From the NCBI GenBank assembly GCA_937927775.1, contig CALBEF010000013.1, positions 52,079-116,078 on the forward strand: a DNA stretch of 64,000 nucleotides, in the 5' to 3' direction. The notes beneath the pieces were generated by a model. It saw only the letters and a list, made by a program, of their open reading frames with translations, made no database searches and was not told the DNA's origin. Each line of letters begins with the position of its first letter. Within the stretch, counting starts at the first letter, position 1. Shown here in pieces: positions 25,169 to 34,089 of this stretch. This stretch comes from an uncultured Anaerolineae bacterium (GTDB lineage Bacteria > Chloroflexota > Anaerolineae > J036 > Brachytrichaceae). The position numbers and the translations under genes were made by a program.

Positions 25169-28100
25169 ATGTCGATGACAACGCACACTTTTGCCGAGAA
25201 CCGCGCCGCCCGTTATTTGCAGGCGGTGTCCGAACGCGCCATTCTGTTCGATGGCGCCATGGGCACCAGCATCCAGAAATACGATCTGTCGAACGAAGAC
25301 TTCGGCGGCGCGCAGTACTACGGCTGCAACGATTATCTGTGTATCACCCGGCCCGATGTGATTGCGCAGATCCATCGCTCCTACATCGAGGCCGGCGCGG
25401 ACGTGATCGAGACCAACACCTTCCGCTCGAATCGCATCACGATGGCCGAATACGGCCTGCACGAGCGCGTGGTGGAGATCAACCGCGCGGCAGCGCAACT
25501 GGCGCGCAGCGTGGCCGGCGACAAATTCGTGGCCGGCTCGATCGGCCCCAGCGGCAAGCTGCCCTCGGCCAACGACCCGGTCCTCAGCGATGTCACTTAC
25601 GACCAGTTGATCGAGGTGTTCCGCGAGCAGGCCGCCGGCCTGCTGCTGGGCGGAGTTGACATTTTATTGATCGAAACCAGCCAGGACATCCTGGAAGTGA
25701 AAGCGGCGGTCGAAGGCTGCCACCGCGCCATGGCCGAAACCGGCATCCGCGCCGCGCTGCAAGCGCAAGTCACGCTCGACACCACCGGCAGGATGCTGCT
25801 GGGCACCGACATCGGCGCGGCGCTCGCCATCCTGGAGCCGCTGGGCATCGATGTGATCGGCCTGAACTGCTCGACCGGTCCTGACTACATGCGCGAGCCG
25901 ATCCGCTATCTGACCAGCCACACCCGGCTGCCTGTGTCGGCCATTCCCAACGCCGGCCTGCCCATCAACGTGGACGGCCAGGCGGTGTACCCCATGCAGC
26001 CTGTGCCAATGGCCGAGATGCTGGCCGCGTTCGTCACCGAGTTCGGCTGCAACATCATCGGCGGCTGTTGCGGCACGACGCCCGATCACATCCGCGAATT
26101 CCGCGCGCGCATCGATGGGATCAACCCATGGCGCCATCGCCCGGCCGAGATGGACACGCGCCCGCGCGCGGCCAGCGCCATGCGCGCCGTGACGCTGGAT
26201 CAGGAGCCAAAGCCGCTGCTGATCGGTGAGCGCGTCAACAGCCAGGGCAGCCGCAAAGTCAAACAACTGTTGCTGGCCGAAGACTACGACGCCATTCTGG
26301 AAATCGCGCGCGAGCAGGTGGAGGGCGGCGCGCACGTGCTGGATGTGCAGGTCGCGCTGACCGAACGCAACGACGAAGCCGAGCAGATGCGCAAGCTGGT
26401 CAAGCTGCTCAGCATGAGCGTCGAGACGCCGCTGATGATCGACTCGACCGACGCCGAGGTGATTCGGGTGGCGCTGGAAACCGCGCCGGGGCGCTGCATC
26501 ATCAACTCGATCAACATGGAGACAGGCCGCAAGCGCATTGAAGATGTGCTGCCGGCGGCGAAACAACACGGCGCGGCCGTGGTGGCGCTCACCATCGACG
26601 AAGAGGGCATGGCCCACACCGCCGAGCGCAAGTTTGCCATCGCCCGGCGCATTCACGACATCGCAGTGAATGAATACGGCCTGACGCCCGACGCGCTCAT
26701 CTTCGACGTATTGACCTTCCCTGTCACCACCGGCCAGCCGGAACTGCGCCGCTCGGCGATTGAAACACTGGAAGGCATCAGGCTGGTCAAGGAGCGGCTG
26801 CCGGGCGCGTACACCCTGCTGGGCGTGAGCAACGTGTCGTTCGGGCTGAAACAATCCGCGCGCGCGGTGATCAACAGCGTTTTTCTGCATCACGCCGTGC
26901 AGGCCGGCCTGGACATGGCCATCGTCAACCCCAGCCACATCACGCCCTACGCTGAAATCCCGGAGGAGCAGCGCCGGCTGGTGGACGATCTGATCTTCGA
27001 CCGCAGCGAGGACGCGCTGCCCAAAGTGATCGCCTGTTTCGAGTCGTCCGGCGCGACGCGCCAGGCCGCCGCGTCGCCACAGGAAGAGGCGGCAATGGAT
27101 GTGGACGAGCGGTTGCGCTGGCAAATCGTGCATCGCAAGAAGGAGGGCGTCGAGACGCTGGTGGACGCAGCCATCGCGCGGCGCGCCGCCGGCGGGCCGC
27201 CGTCCGAAGCGGCAGTGTGGGTGCTGAACAATGTGCTGTTGCCGGCCATGAAGGAAGTGGGTGACAAGTTCGGGGCCGGCGAGTTGATCCTGCCTTTCGT
27301 GCTGCAAAGCGCCGAAGTGATGAAGAAAGCCGTGGCGCGGCTGGAAACCTATCTCGACCGCAAAGAGGGCGCCAGCAAAGGCACGGTCATCCTGGCCACC
27401 GTGTTCGGCGACGTGCACGACATCGGCAAGAACCTGGTCGGCACGATCCTGAGCAACAACGGCTACACCGTCGTCGATCTGGGCAAGCAGGTGCCGGTCA
27501 ACGCCATCATCGACGCGGCGCTGCAACACAACGCCGTCGCCATCGGCCTGAGCGCGCTGCTGGTCAGCACCAGCAAGCAGATGCCGATCTGCGTGCAGGA
27601 GCTGCATCAGCGCGGGCTGAAGTTTCCCGTGCTGATCGGCGGCGCAGCCATCAACCGGCGCTTCGGGCAGCGCATCCTGTTCATGGAAGACGGGCAACCC
27701 TACGGCCCCGGCGTGTTCTATTGCAAGGACGCCTTCGAGGGCCTGGCGACGATGGATCAGTTGACCGGCGATCAGCGCGAGCAGTTCGTGAGCGAGATCA
27801 AAGCGACAGCGCGCCAGGCGCTGATCGAGGATGAGCAGAAGCGGCGCATCCTGCAGGACAGAGAAGCAGCGGAAGCTGCGCCGATTGCGCGCGCCGTGCC
27901 GCCGGCGCCGGCCATCCCGCGCGCGCCGTTCTGGGGCGCGCGCGCTATTCCGCGCGTTGAAATCAACCCGCGCGAGGTCGTGCGCCTGATCGACACCAAC
28001 ACGCTGTTCCGCCTGCACTGGGGCGGCAAATCGCGCCAGGGCGAGGCGTGGGAACATCTGGTCAGCACGGTGTTTCAGCCTGCGCTGGCGCGCTTCGTCG

Positions 28101-28744
28101 AGGAACTGACCGAGGCCGGCTGGATGTCCTACGGCGCGGCCTACGGCTACTTCCCCTGCGCGGCGGAAGGCAACGATCTGCTGCTGTTTGACCCCGATGA
28201 CCCGGATGCAATCATGGCGCGCTGGGCCTTTCCACGCCAGCCCGACCGCCAGCGCCTGTGCCTGAGCGATTATTTCATGCCGCGCGAAGAAGGGCGCGAC
28301 GTCGTGGCACTGCAAGTGGTCACTGCCGGCCCGGAGCCGGCCCGCCGCATGGAGCAGTTGCAGAAAGAAGGGCTGTACACCGACGCTTACTACCTGAACG
28401 GCTTTGCCGACTCGTTTGCCGAGGCGCTGGCCGAGTGGACGCACCGGCGTGTGCGGCGTGAACTGGGGTTGCCCGTGAATCAGGGATTGCGCTACTCGTG
28501 GGGCTATCCCTCCTGCCCGGACATGAGCCAACACACCGACGTGCTGCGGTTGCTGGAAGCAGAACGGATCGGCGTCAGCCTGTCGGAGGGGCATCAGCTC
28601 ATCCCGGAGCACAGCACAGCCGCGCTGGTCGTGCACCACCCGGCGGCGATCTACTTCACCACCGGCGTGGAGCGCCGGCAACAGGAAGCCGCCGTGCGCG
28701 AGGTGCTGGGCGAATTGCAGTTGCGCCCAGAGGCGCGCCTGTGA
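25169..28744 (+). CDS. metH: Cobalamin-dependent methionine synthase
   Basis: 1191 aa with Hcy-binding, pterin-binding, B12-binding (GDVHDIGKNLV) and AdoMet activation domains in canonical order. Confidence 0.97.
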   Translation: MSMTTHTFAENRAARYLQAVSERAILFDGAMGTSIQKYDLSNEDFGGAQYYGCNDYLCITRPDVIAQIHRSYIEAGADVIETNTFRSNRITMAEYGLHERVVEINRAAAQLARSVAGDKFVAGSIGPSGKLPSANDPVLSDVTYDQLIEVFREQAAGLLLGGVDILLIETSQDILEVKAAVEGCHRAMAETGIRAALQAQVTLDTTGRMLLGTDIGAALAILEPLGIDVIGLNCSTGPDYMREPIRYLTSHTRLPVSAIPNAGLPINVDGQAVYPMQPVPMAEMLAAFVTEFGCNIIGGCCGTTPDHIREFRARIDGINPWRHRPAEMDTRPRAASAMRAVTLDQEPKPLLIGERVNSQGSRKVKQLLLAEDYDAILEIAREQVEGGAHVLDVQVALTERNDEAEQMRKLVKLLSMSVETPLMIDSTDAEVIRVALETAPGRCIINSINMETGRKRIEDVLPAAKQHGAAVVALTIDEEGMAHTAERKFAIARRIHDIAVNEYGLTPDALIFDVLTFPVTTGQPELRRSAIETLEGIRLVKERLPGAYTLLGVSNVSFGLKQSARAVINSVFLHHAVQAGLDMAIVNPSHITPYAEIPEEQRRLVDDLIFDRSEDALPKVIACFESSGATRQAAASPQEEAAMDVDERLRWQIVHRKKEGVETLVDAAIARRAAGGPPSEAAVWVLNNVLLPAMKEVGDKFGAGELILPFVLQSAEVMKKAVARLETYLDRKEGASKGTVILATVFGDVHDIGKNLVGTILSNNGYTVVDLGKQVPVNAIIDAALQHNAVAIGLSALLVSTSKQMPICVQELHQRGLKFPVLIGGAAINRRFGQRILFMEDGQPYGPGVFYCKDAFEGLATMDQLTGDQREQFVSEIKATARQALIEDEQKRRILQDREAAEAAPIARAVPPAPAIPRAPFWGARAIPRVEINPREVVRLIDTNTLFRLHWGGKSRQGEAWEHLVSTVFQPALARFVEELTEAGWMSYGAAYGYFPCAAEGNDLLLFDPDDPDAIMARWAFPRQPDRQRLCLSDYFMPREEGRDVVALQVVTAGPEPARRMEQLQKEGLYTDAYYLNGFADSFAEALAEWTHRRVRRELGLPVNQGLRYSWGYPSCPDMSQHTDVLRLLEAERIGVSLSEGHQLIPEHSTAALVVHHPAAIYFTTGVERRQQEAAVREVLGELQLRPEARL

Positions 28745-28868
28745 TTTTTGCGAGCATAATCAGGCCGAGGGGGCATAGCGAGCGCGGCCGACCGGCTGTT
28801 TGCGCCATGACACGACCGGTTGTAACTGGAAGGTGTGCGGCCAGCCCTGCCTCTCAAACAATGCGGAT

Positions 28869-30491
28869 TTATCCGCCGCCCGACGCCAGCCCAGCAATGG
28901 CGCGGCGGGCATCCTGCTCATCCACCTCACTGGTGATGAATGCGTCGCCGGGCGCGCGCAGCAGGACGAAGCGCACTTTTCCGCCGCACTTCTTCTTGTC
29001 CGATTGCATCAGGCGCCACACGGCATCGACATCGACCGCCGGCAGCGACACCGGCAGTCCGGCGCGCGACAGCGCATTGGTGACTGCCTCGACCAGATCC
29101 GCGCCACACACGCCCAACCTTTGGCCCAGACACATGGCGCACACCATGCCCAGCGACACAGCCTGACCGTGCTTGATAGCGAAATTGCTCCACGCTTCGA
29201 TGCCATGTCCGAAGGTGTGGCCCAGATTCAACAACGCCCGCCGGCCCCGCTCGAACGGGTCTTCCTCCACCACGTCGCGCTTCAGCAGAATCGCGTCGCG
29301 CAGAGATCGTGCGAGTGATGCGCGGAGTTCAGGATTCGCCGTCAATTGCCAATCGTCAATCGTCAATTGCGCGATGCGCTCCCACGCCTCGCCCCCGCGC
29401 AACAGCGCCGCTTTGACAATCTCGGCGTAGCCGCATTGCAACTCGACGGCGGGCAGCGATTGAAGCAGCGCCTGATCCATGATGACAATGTCTGGCTGCT
29501 TGAACGCGCCGACCAGGTTCTTGCCGAACGGTGTGTCCACACCCACTTTGCCGCCAATGCTCGAGTCGGCCATGGCCAGCAACGAAGTCGGAATCTGCGC
29601 AAAAGAGACCCCGCGCATGAACGTGGCAGCGGCGAAGCCGGCCACGTCGCCCACCACGCCCCCGCCCAGCGCAATCACCGCGCCATTGCGCTCCAGTCCG
29701 TTCGCGGCAAACGCCTGATACATGTCCTCGACCGAGCGCAGGGTTTTGTGGGTTTCGCCGGCCGGCATGAGATGAATAAAGCTGGCGAGACCGGCCCGGC
29801 TCAGCGCGCGTTGCAGCCGCCCGGCGTACAACGGCCCCACCTCGCTGTCCGACACAATGGCCAGCGGCGACAACCAGCCGCGCGGCGCCAGCGCAAACCC
29901 CGCCTGGTCGATCAGCCCCTCGCCCATCACGATGTCGTACTGGCCGGCGGGATGGCGCACCGCAATGCGCTCCTGTTCGGCGCGGTAGATGTCCAGCGCG
30001 CACTGCGCCGCCTCTTCGGGGCTGCGGTGCGTAGTGTCGAGGTGATAGTGCAGTTCGGCGTAGGCCGGCGCGCGCGCTTTGAGCAACTGCGCCACGCGGT
30101 CGTGGATGTGTTCGCCCGGCTGTGTGGCGCGCAGCAGGGGGCGCGTAGAGGCGTCCACACGGCGCAGGATCGCTTCCGGCGAGGCGGTCAGACAGAGCGT
30201 GACGCCGGCCCGCAACAGCGCCGCGCGGTTGGCCGGGTCCACGATCATGCCGCCGCCGGTGGCGATGACAATCCGCTCGCGCCCGATCAATTCGCGCGCC
30301 AGCGCCGTCTCCAGCGCGCGGAAATGCGCTTCTCCCATCTGATCGAAGAGCTGCGGGATGGTCAATCCGGCGCGGCGTTCGATCTCGGCGTCGGTATCGA
30401 TGAACTCGTAGCCCAGGCGTTGAGCCACGATCTGGCCGATGGTGGTTTTGCCGGCGCCCATGAAGCCGGCGAGGATGAGCGGTCTAGTCAT
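28869..30491 (-). CDS. aroKB: Bifunctional shikimate kinase / 3-dehydroquinate synthase (AroK-AroB fusion)
   Basis: N-terminus MTRPLILAGFMGAGKTTIGQIVAQRLGYEFIDTD (AroK P-loop). C-terminus GGGVVGDVAGFAAATFMRGVSFAQIPTSLLAMADSSIGGKVGVD (AroB). Start ATG 30491 overlaps the aroC stop by 8 nt. Confidence 0.9.
   Translation of the reverse strand: MTRPLILAGFMGAGKTTIGQIVAQRLGYEFIDTDAEIERRAGLTIPQLFDQMGEAHFRALETALARELIGRERIVIATGGGMIVDPANRAALLRAGVTLCLTASPEAILRRVDASTRPLLRATQPGEHIHDRVAQLLKARAPAYAELHYHLDTTHRSPEEAAQCALDIYRAEQERIAVRHPAGQYDIVMGEGLIDQAGFALAPRGWLSPLAIVSDSEVGPLYAGRLQRALSRAGLASFIHLMPAGETHKTLRSVEDMYQAFAANGLERNGAVIALGGGVVGDVAGFAAATFMRGVSFAQIPTSLLAMADSSIGGKVGVDTPFGKNLVGAFKQPDIVIMDQALLQSLPAVELQCGYAEIVKAALLRGGEAWERIAQLTIDDWQLTANPELRASLARSLRDAILLKRDVVEEDPFERGRRALLNLGHTFGHGIEAWSNFAIKHGQAVSLGMVCAMCLGQRLGVCGADLVEAVTNALSRAGLPVSLPAVDVDAVWRLMQSDKKKCGGKVRFVLLRAPGDAFITSEVDEQDARRAIAGLASGGG
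29341..29370. repeat. ATTGACG-family array inside aroK-aroB
   Basis: GTCAATTGCCAATCGTCAATCGTCAATTGC. Translated on the minus strand as QLTIDDWQLT, with TGA positions replaced by TGG. Confidence 0.8.
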
Positions 30492-31683
30492 ATCCAAATC
30501 GCCACGGCGTGTTGTCCATGCGCAGCGCGTCCAGCCGCAGCCGGCGCAGCGCCTCAAAGCGCGGGCGCATTTCGTCAATCGAGTCGCCGCCCAGTTTCTC
30601 CAGCAGCGCGTCGGCCAGCACGATGCACAGCATGGCTTCGACGATGGGCACGGCGCGCGGAACCTGGCAGAAGTCGCTGCGCTCGTACTGTGTGGCCGCC
30701 GGCGCGCCGGTTGCCAGATCGACCGACTGCAGGGGGGTGAGGGTGGTGGCGATCGGCTTGAGGGCGGCGCGCACGACGATCGGCGCGCCGTTGGTGATGC
30801 CGCCCTCCAGCCCGCCGGCGTGGTTGCTGGTCTGGCGAATCTCGCCATCTTCGACCATCAGTTGATCCTGAACGTGTGTGCCGGGGCGCAGCGTCTCGGC
30901 GAAGCCGTCGCCGATCTCAACGCCTTTCATGGCGTGAATGCTCATCACGGCGGCAGCGATGCGCGCCGACAGCCGGCGATCCCAGTGCACGTGGCTGCCC
31001 AGGCCGGGCGGGACGTTCAGCGCCACGCATTCGATCACACCGCCCAGCGTGTCCTTTGCCTGCATGATCTGGCGAATGGCCTCGCGCATGCGCTCGGCGG
31101 TTGCGGGGTCGTAGCAGCGCACATCAGAGGCTTCGGCGGCGCGGAAACGCTCCAGATAATCCACCCCCTCAACCTTACCAACCTGCCCAACCTGACCAAT
31201 TCCCTCTGTCGACACCTCCCCAATGCTGACCACATACCCGCCTGCCAGAATGCCGAATTCGGCGAGCAGCTTGCGGCAGGCTGCGCCGACCGCTACGCGC
31301 ATGGTGGTCTCGCGGGCCGAGGCGCGCTCCAGCGCCAGGCGCAGCTCGCGGTAGCCGTATTTGACGGCGCCGGTCAGATCGGCGTGGCCGGGGCGCGGAA
31401 TCGTCATCGGCGCGATGTCGCGCTCGCGCCATTTGACATGATCGAGGTTCTCGACCACGAAGGCAATCGGGCCGCCGGTGGTTTTGCCGGCCATCACGCC
31501 GGCGGTGATGCGGGCGTGGTCGCGCTCGATCTTCATGCGCCCCCCGCTGCCAAAGCCCTGCTGCCTGCGCGCCAGGTCTGCGTCGATGTCGGCGGATGAC
31601 AACGGCAGGCCGGCCGGCATGCCTTCCAGAATGGCCGTGAGCGAGGGGCCGTGCGATTCGCCGGCGGTGAGAAATCGGATCAT
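30484..31683 (-). CDS. aroC: Chorismate synthase
   Basis: MIRFLTAGESHGPSLTAILEGMPAGL...GRSSARETTMRVAVGA-like core. Contains an in-frame 9-mer-repeat insertion (GQVGQVGKV). Confidence 0.95.
   Translation of the reverse strand: MIRFLTAGESHGPSLTAILEGMPAGLPLSSADIDADLARRQQGFGSGGRMKIERDHARITAGVMAGKTTGGPIAFVVENLDHVKWRERDIAPMTIPRPGHADLTGAVKYGYRELRLALERASARETTMRVAVGAACRKLLAEFGILAGGYVVSIGEVSTEGIGQVGQVGKVEGVDYLERFRAAEASDVRCYDPATAERMREAIRQIMQAKDTLGGVIECVALNVPPGLGSHVHWDRRLSARIAAAVMSIHAMKGVEIGDGFAETLRPGTHVQDQLMVEDGEIRQTSNHAGGLEGGITNGAPIVVRAALKPIATTLTPLQSVDLATGAPAATQYERSDFCQVPRAVPIVEAMLCIVLADALLEKLGGDSIDEMRPRFEALRRLRLDALRMDNTPWRFGYD
31171..31200. repeat. 9-mer array (AACCTNMCC family) inside aroC
   Basis: AACCTTACC AACCTGCCC AACCTGACC AAT, translated on the minus strand as IGQVGQVGKV. 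Confidence 0.8.
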
Positions 31684-31710
31684 TGCCTGATTGGGTGATC
31701 GGGCCACTGG

Positions 31711-31768
31711 GCGATTGACTCAATGACTCAATGACTCAATCGCCCAACGGCTCAATGCCTGAATGGCC
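31711..31768. repeat. 8-mer array, TCAATGAC family (pepC-aroC spacer)
   Basis: GCGATTGAC TCAATGAC TCAATGAC TCAATCGC CCAACGGC TCAATGCC TGAATGGC. Confidence 0.85.
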
Positions 31769-33126
31769 TAATTCGCAATCGCCAGCGCGCCCATCGGGTC
31801 CCACGGCGGCAACCGCACCGGCTCCGTTTCCAGAATCGGCAGCAGCTCCTGTGGCACGTACTGCTTCTCGACGGCGATCTCGTACATGTACTCGTCGAAC
31901 CAGGCGTCGCTCATCACCAGAAAGCCCTTGTCGCCCAGCTTGTCGCCCCAGCTATTTTCGACGCGCCACTTCACCGGCCGGCCCTGTTCGTCCAGATCGA
32001 CGCCGGTGAAGACCATGGCGTGCGTCATCACGCTCTGGCCGTACTCAACGCGCTCGGCTTTGTCTGCGCGGAATGGCGCGCCGTACACCGAGGCGTAGTC
32101 GTACAACCGGGTGTGCAAAATGCCCAGATCGCGCTCCAGCATCTTGCCCACATCGCAGCCGAACCAGACCGGCTTGCCGTCCGTGATCTGTTTGACCGCA
32201 GCCTGCTTGAACACCGGCAGCGGCACATTCAGATATCGGATGATGTCGCCTTCGGCCACATTGCCCAGGTACGAGATGGTGTACAGCGTATTAAACGGCT
32301 TGTCTGCGGTCGGGCAATGGATCAGGCAAGTCATTGAATCCAGGTCGAACTGAACATAGCGGTTGAAGAACTGCTGCGGCGTGATGACGCCATCGCGGTG
32401 GAACTGGTCGTCCTTGTCGCGCCATTGCCAGTAGAACTCGCGCGGCGGCTGGCCGAGATGGATCGTCAACATGCGGTAGATGTCGGACATCATGTCCACC
32501 TTGCGCGCCTGCAGATCGGCCATGCCGGCGCCCTGCGCGCTCATGCGCCGCAACTCGGCGGCGTCTTCGCGCAGCCGGTTGGTGATCAGCGCGGTCATGA
32601 CCCACGAATTGCTGCTGCTTTCCGTCTCCGGCATAAAGCTCTTTGGCACAACCCCGTATTTCTTCACCAGGTTGACAAACATATCCCATTGCCCGCCGTC
32701 CTGAATCGGGTTTTGCAACAGGAACATGATCAGTCGGCCATCCGTTGGCTCGCTCAGCGTGTCGAGGATGCTCTCCAGGAAATAGTTGGCCTTCTCCAGC
32801 TTGTCCCAGAACATCATGTAGCTCTGAGACAACTCGAACTTCTCCACGTTCAGGCGCTTCATGGCCTCGACGCGGAACAGGTTCAGGCCGGCAAACAGCC
32901 AGCATCGCCCGCTGCGCTCCTGGGCCGTCGCCTCGTTGCTTTTCAGCATGTGCGAGTACACGTGGTTGACGCTGGCGACGACTTCGCGGTTGAGCGCCAC
33001 CGCATGCACCGGGTTTTTGGTGACGGCGTTCATCGCCAGGCGGTTTTTGGGGTCACGCTCGAACTCTGACTGGTACCGTTGCAAGTGTTCGGGCGTGAGG
33101 GGACCTGCTGCGTGTGTGGACTTCAT
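31768..33126 (-). CDS. pepC: Aminopeptidase C / bleomycin hydrolase (peptidase C1B)
   Basis: QERSGRCWLFAGLN (catalytic Cys context), ...HAMVFTGVD...WRVENSWG. GGAGG Shine-Dalgarno upstream of ATG 33126. Confidence 0.88.
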   Translation of the reverse strand: MKSTHAAGPLTPEHLQRYQSEFERDPKNRLAMNAVTKNPVHAVALNREVVASVNHVYSHMLKSNEATAQERSGRCWLFAGLNLFRVEAMKRLNVEKFELSQSYMMFWDKLEKANYFLESILDTLSEPTDGRLIMFLLQNPIQDGGQWDMFVNLVKKYGVVPKSFMPETESSSNSWVMTALITNRLREDAAELRRMSAQGAGMADLQARKVDMMSDIYRMLTIHLGQPPREFYWQWRDKDDQFHRDGVITPQQFFNRYVQFDLDSMTCLIHCPTADKPFNTLYTISYLGNVAEGDIIRYLNVPLPVFKQAAVKQITDGKPVWFGCDVGKMLERDLGILHTRLYDYASVYGAPFRADKAERVEYGQSVMTHAMVFTGVDLDEQGRPVKWRVENSWGDKLGDKGFLVMSDAWFDEYMYEIAVEKQYVPQELLPILETEPVRLPPWDPMGALAIAN

Positions 33127-33156
33127 CGCTATCCTCCAAAAAAGTTGATTGAGAGA

Positions 33157-34089
33157 TTACGTGGGTTGGGCCGGCGCGTCAAGCGGTGGTGACGTTTGCA
33201 AAGCGCGGCGCATGACGCTGGCGACTTCGGCGATGGAAAGCGGCAGCGTCAGGCCGGCTGTCCACAGCGCAAAGGCGGCTGCGCCCTGCTCGGCCAACAT
33301 GCCGATCCCGCCGATCACGCGCAGGCCGGCGGCTTCCGCCTGCCGCATCAGGCGCGTCACACGCGGCTTGTACACCAGGTCGTACAGCACGGCGTCGCGC
33401 GGGAAGGGTATCCCCTTGATCCAGGGCGTGCTGTCTGCGTTGGGTTCCATGCCGGCTGACGTGCAATTCACAATCAATCGCGCGCCTTGCTCGGCCCGGC
33501 TCAATCCATTTGCGTCCAGCGCCTGCGCAGACAAACACGCGTTGGGGAACACGGCGCGCATGTCCTCGACCAGCCGCTGCGCGCGGGCTGCGTCGCGGTT
33601 GACGACGGTGACCGACCATCCACTGTGCGCCAGCGCGTACACCACGCCGCGCGCCGACCCGCCTGCGCCGAGCGCCAGCGCCCGGCGCTCCTCCGGCCCC
33701 GCGCCTGACTCAATCGCCACGCCGTGCCAGCGCAGATCGTTGAGGAAGCCGACCCAGTCTGTGTTCTCGCCGATCAGGCGGGGCCGGTCATCGGCAACTT
33801 TGACGATGGTGTTGACCGCGCCGATGGCCTCGGCGTGCCGGCTGATCTCGTCCAGGAACGGCATGACGTTGACCTTGTGCGGCACGGTCACGTTGGCGCC
33901 GGCGATGCCGGTGTCGTCGCGGATGCGCCACACGCGCTCGGCCAGCTCCTCCAGTGGCGTGTGCCATAGCTCGTATTGCCAGTCCAGGCCGGCGGCGGCG
34001 AATGCCGCGCCCTGCATACGCGGCGACGCGCTGTGCGCCACGGGAAAGCCGATCAACCCGATGCGTTTCACGCGACTGCCTCCGGGCAT
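33157..34089 (-). CDS. aroE: Shikimate dehydrogenase
   Basis: IGLIGFPVAHSASPRMQGAAF...NVTVPHK...GAVNT...LGAGGSARGVVYAL are AroE motifs. Confidence 0.9.
   Translation of the reverse strand: MPGGSRVKRIGLIGFPVAHSASPRMQGAAFAAAGLDWQYELWHTPLEELAERVWRIRDDTGIAGANVTVPHKVNVMPFLDEISRHAEAIGAVNTIVKVADDRPRLIGENTDWVGFLNDLRWHGVAIESGAGPEERRALALGAGGSARGVVYALAHSGWSVTVVNRDAARAQRLVEDMRAVFPNACLSAQALDANGLSRAEQGARLIVNCTSAGMEPNADSTPWIKGIPFPRDAVLYDLVYKPRVTRLMRQAEAAGLRVIGGIGMLAEQGAAAFALWTAGLTLPLSIAEVASVMRRALQTSPPLDAPAQPT

Noticed and set aside
25664-28681. 1005-aa minus-strand ORF opposite metH. Similar long shadow ORFs occur at 17682..19781, 47359..48849, 59943..61217, 41611..42735 and 61959..62852.
   Set aside because: Each lies entirely antisense to a gene with strong family motifs (MetH, M23 peptidase, HK/RR, NuoF, S8, OB-fold genes). 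Each has Arg/Ala/Gly/His-rich composition typical of GC-driven shadow ORFs.
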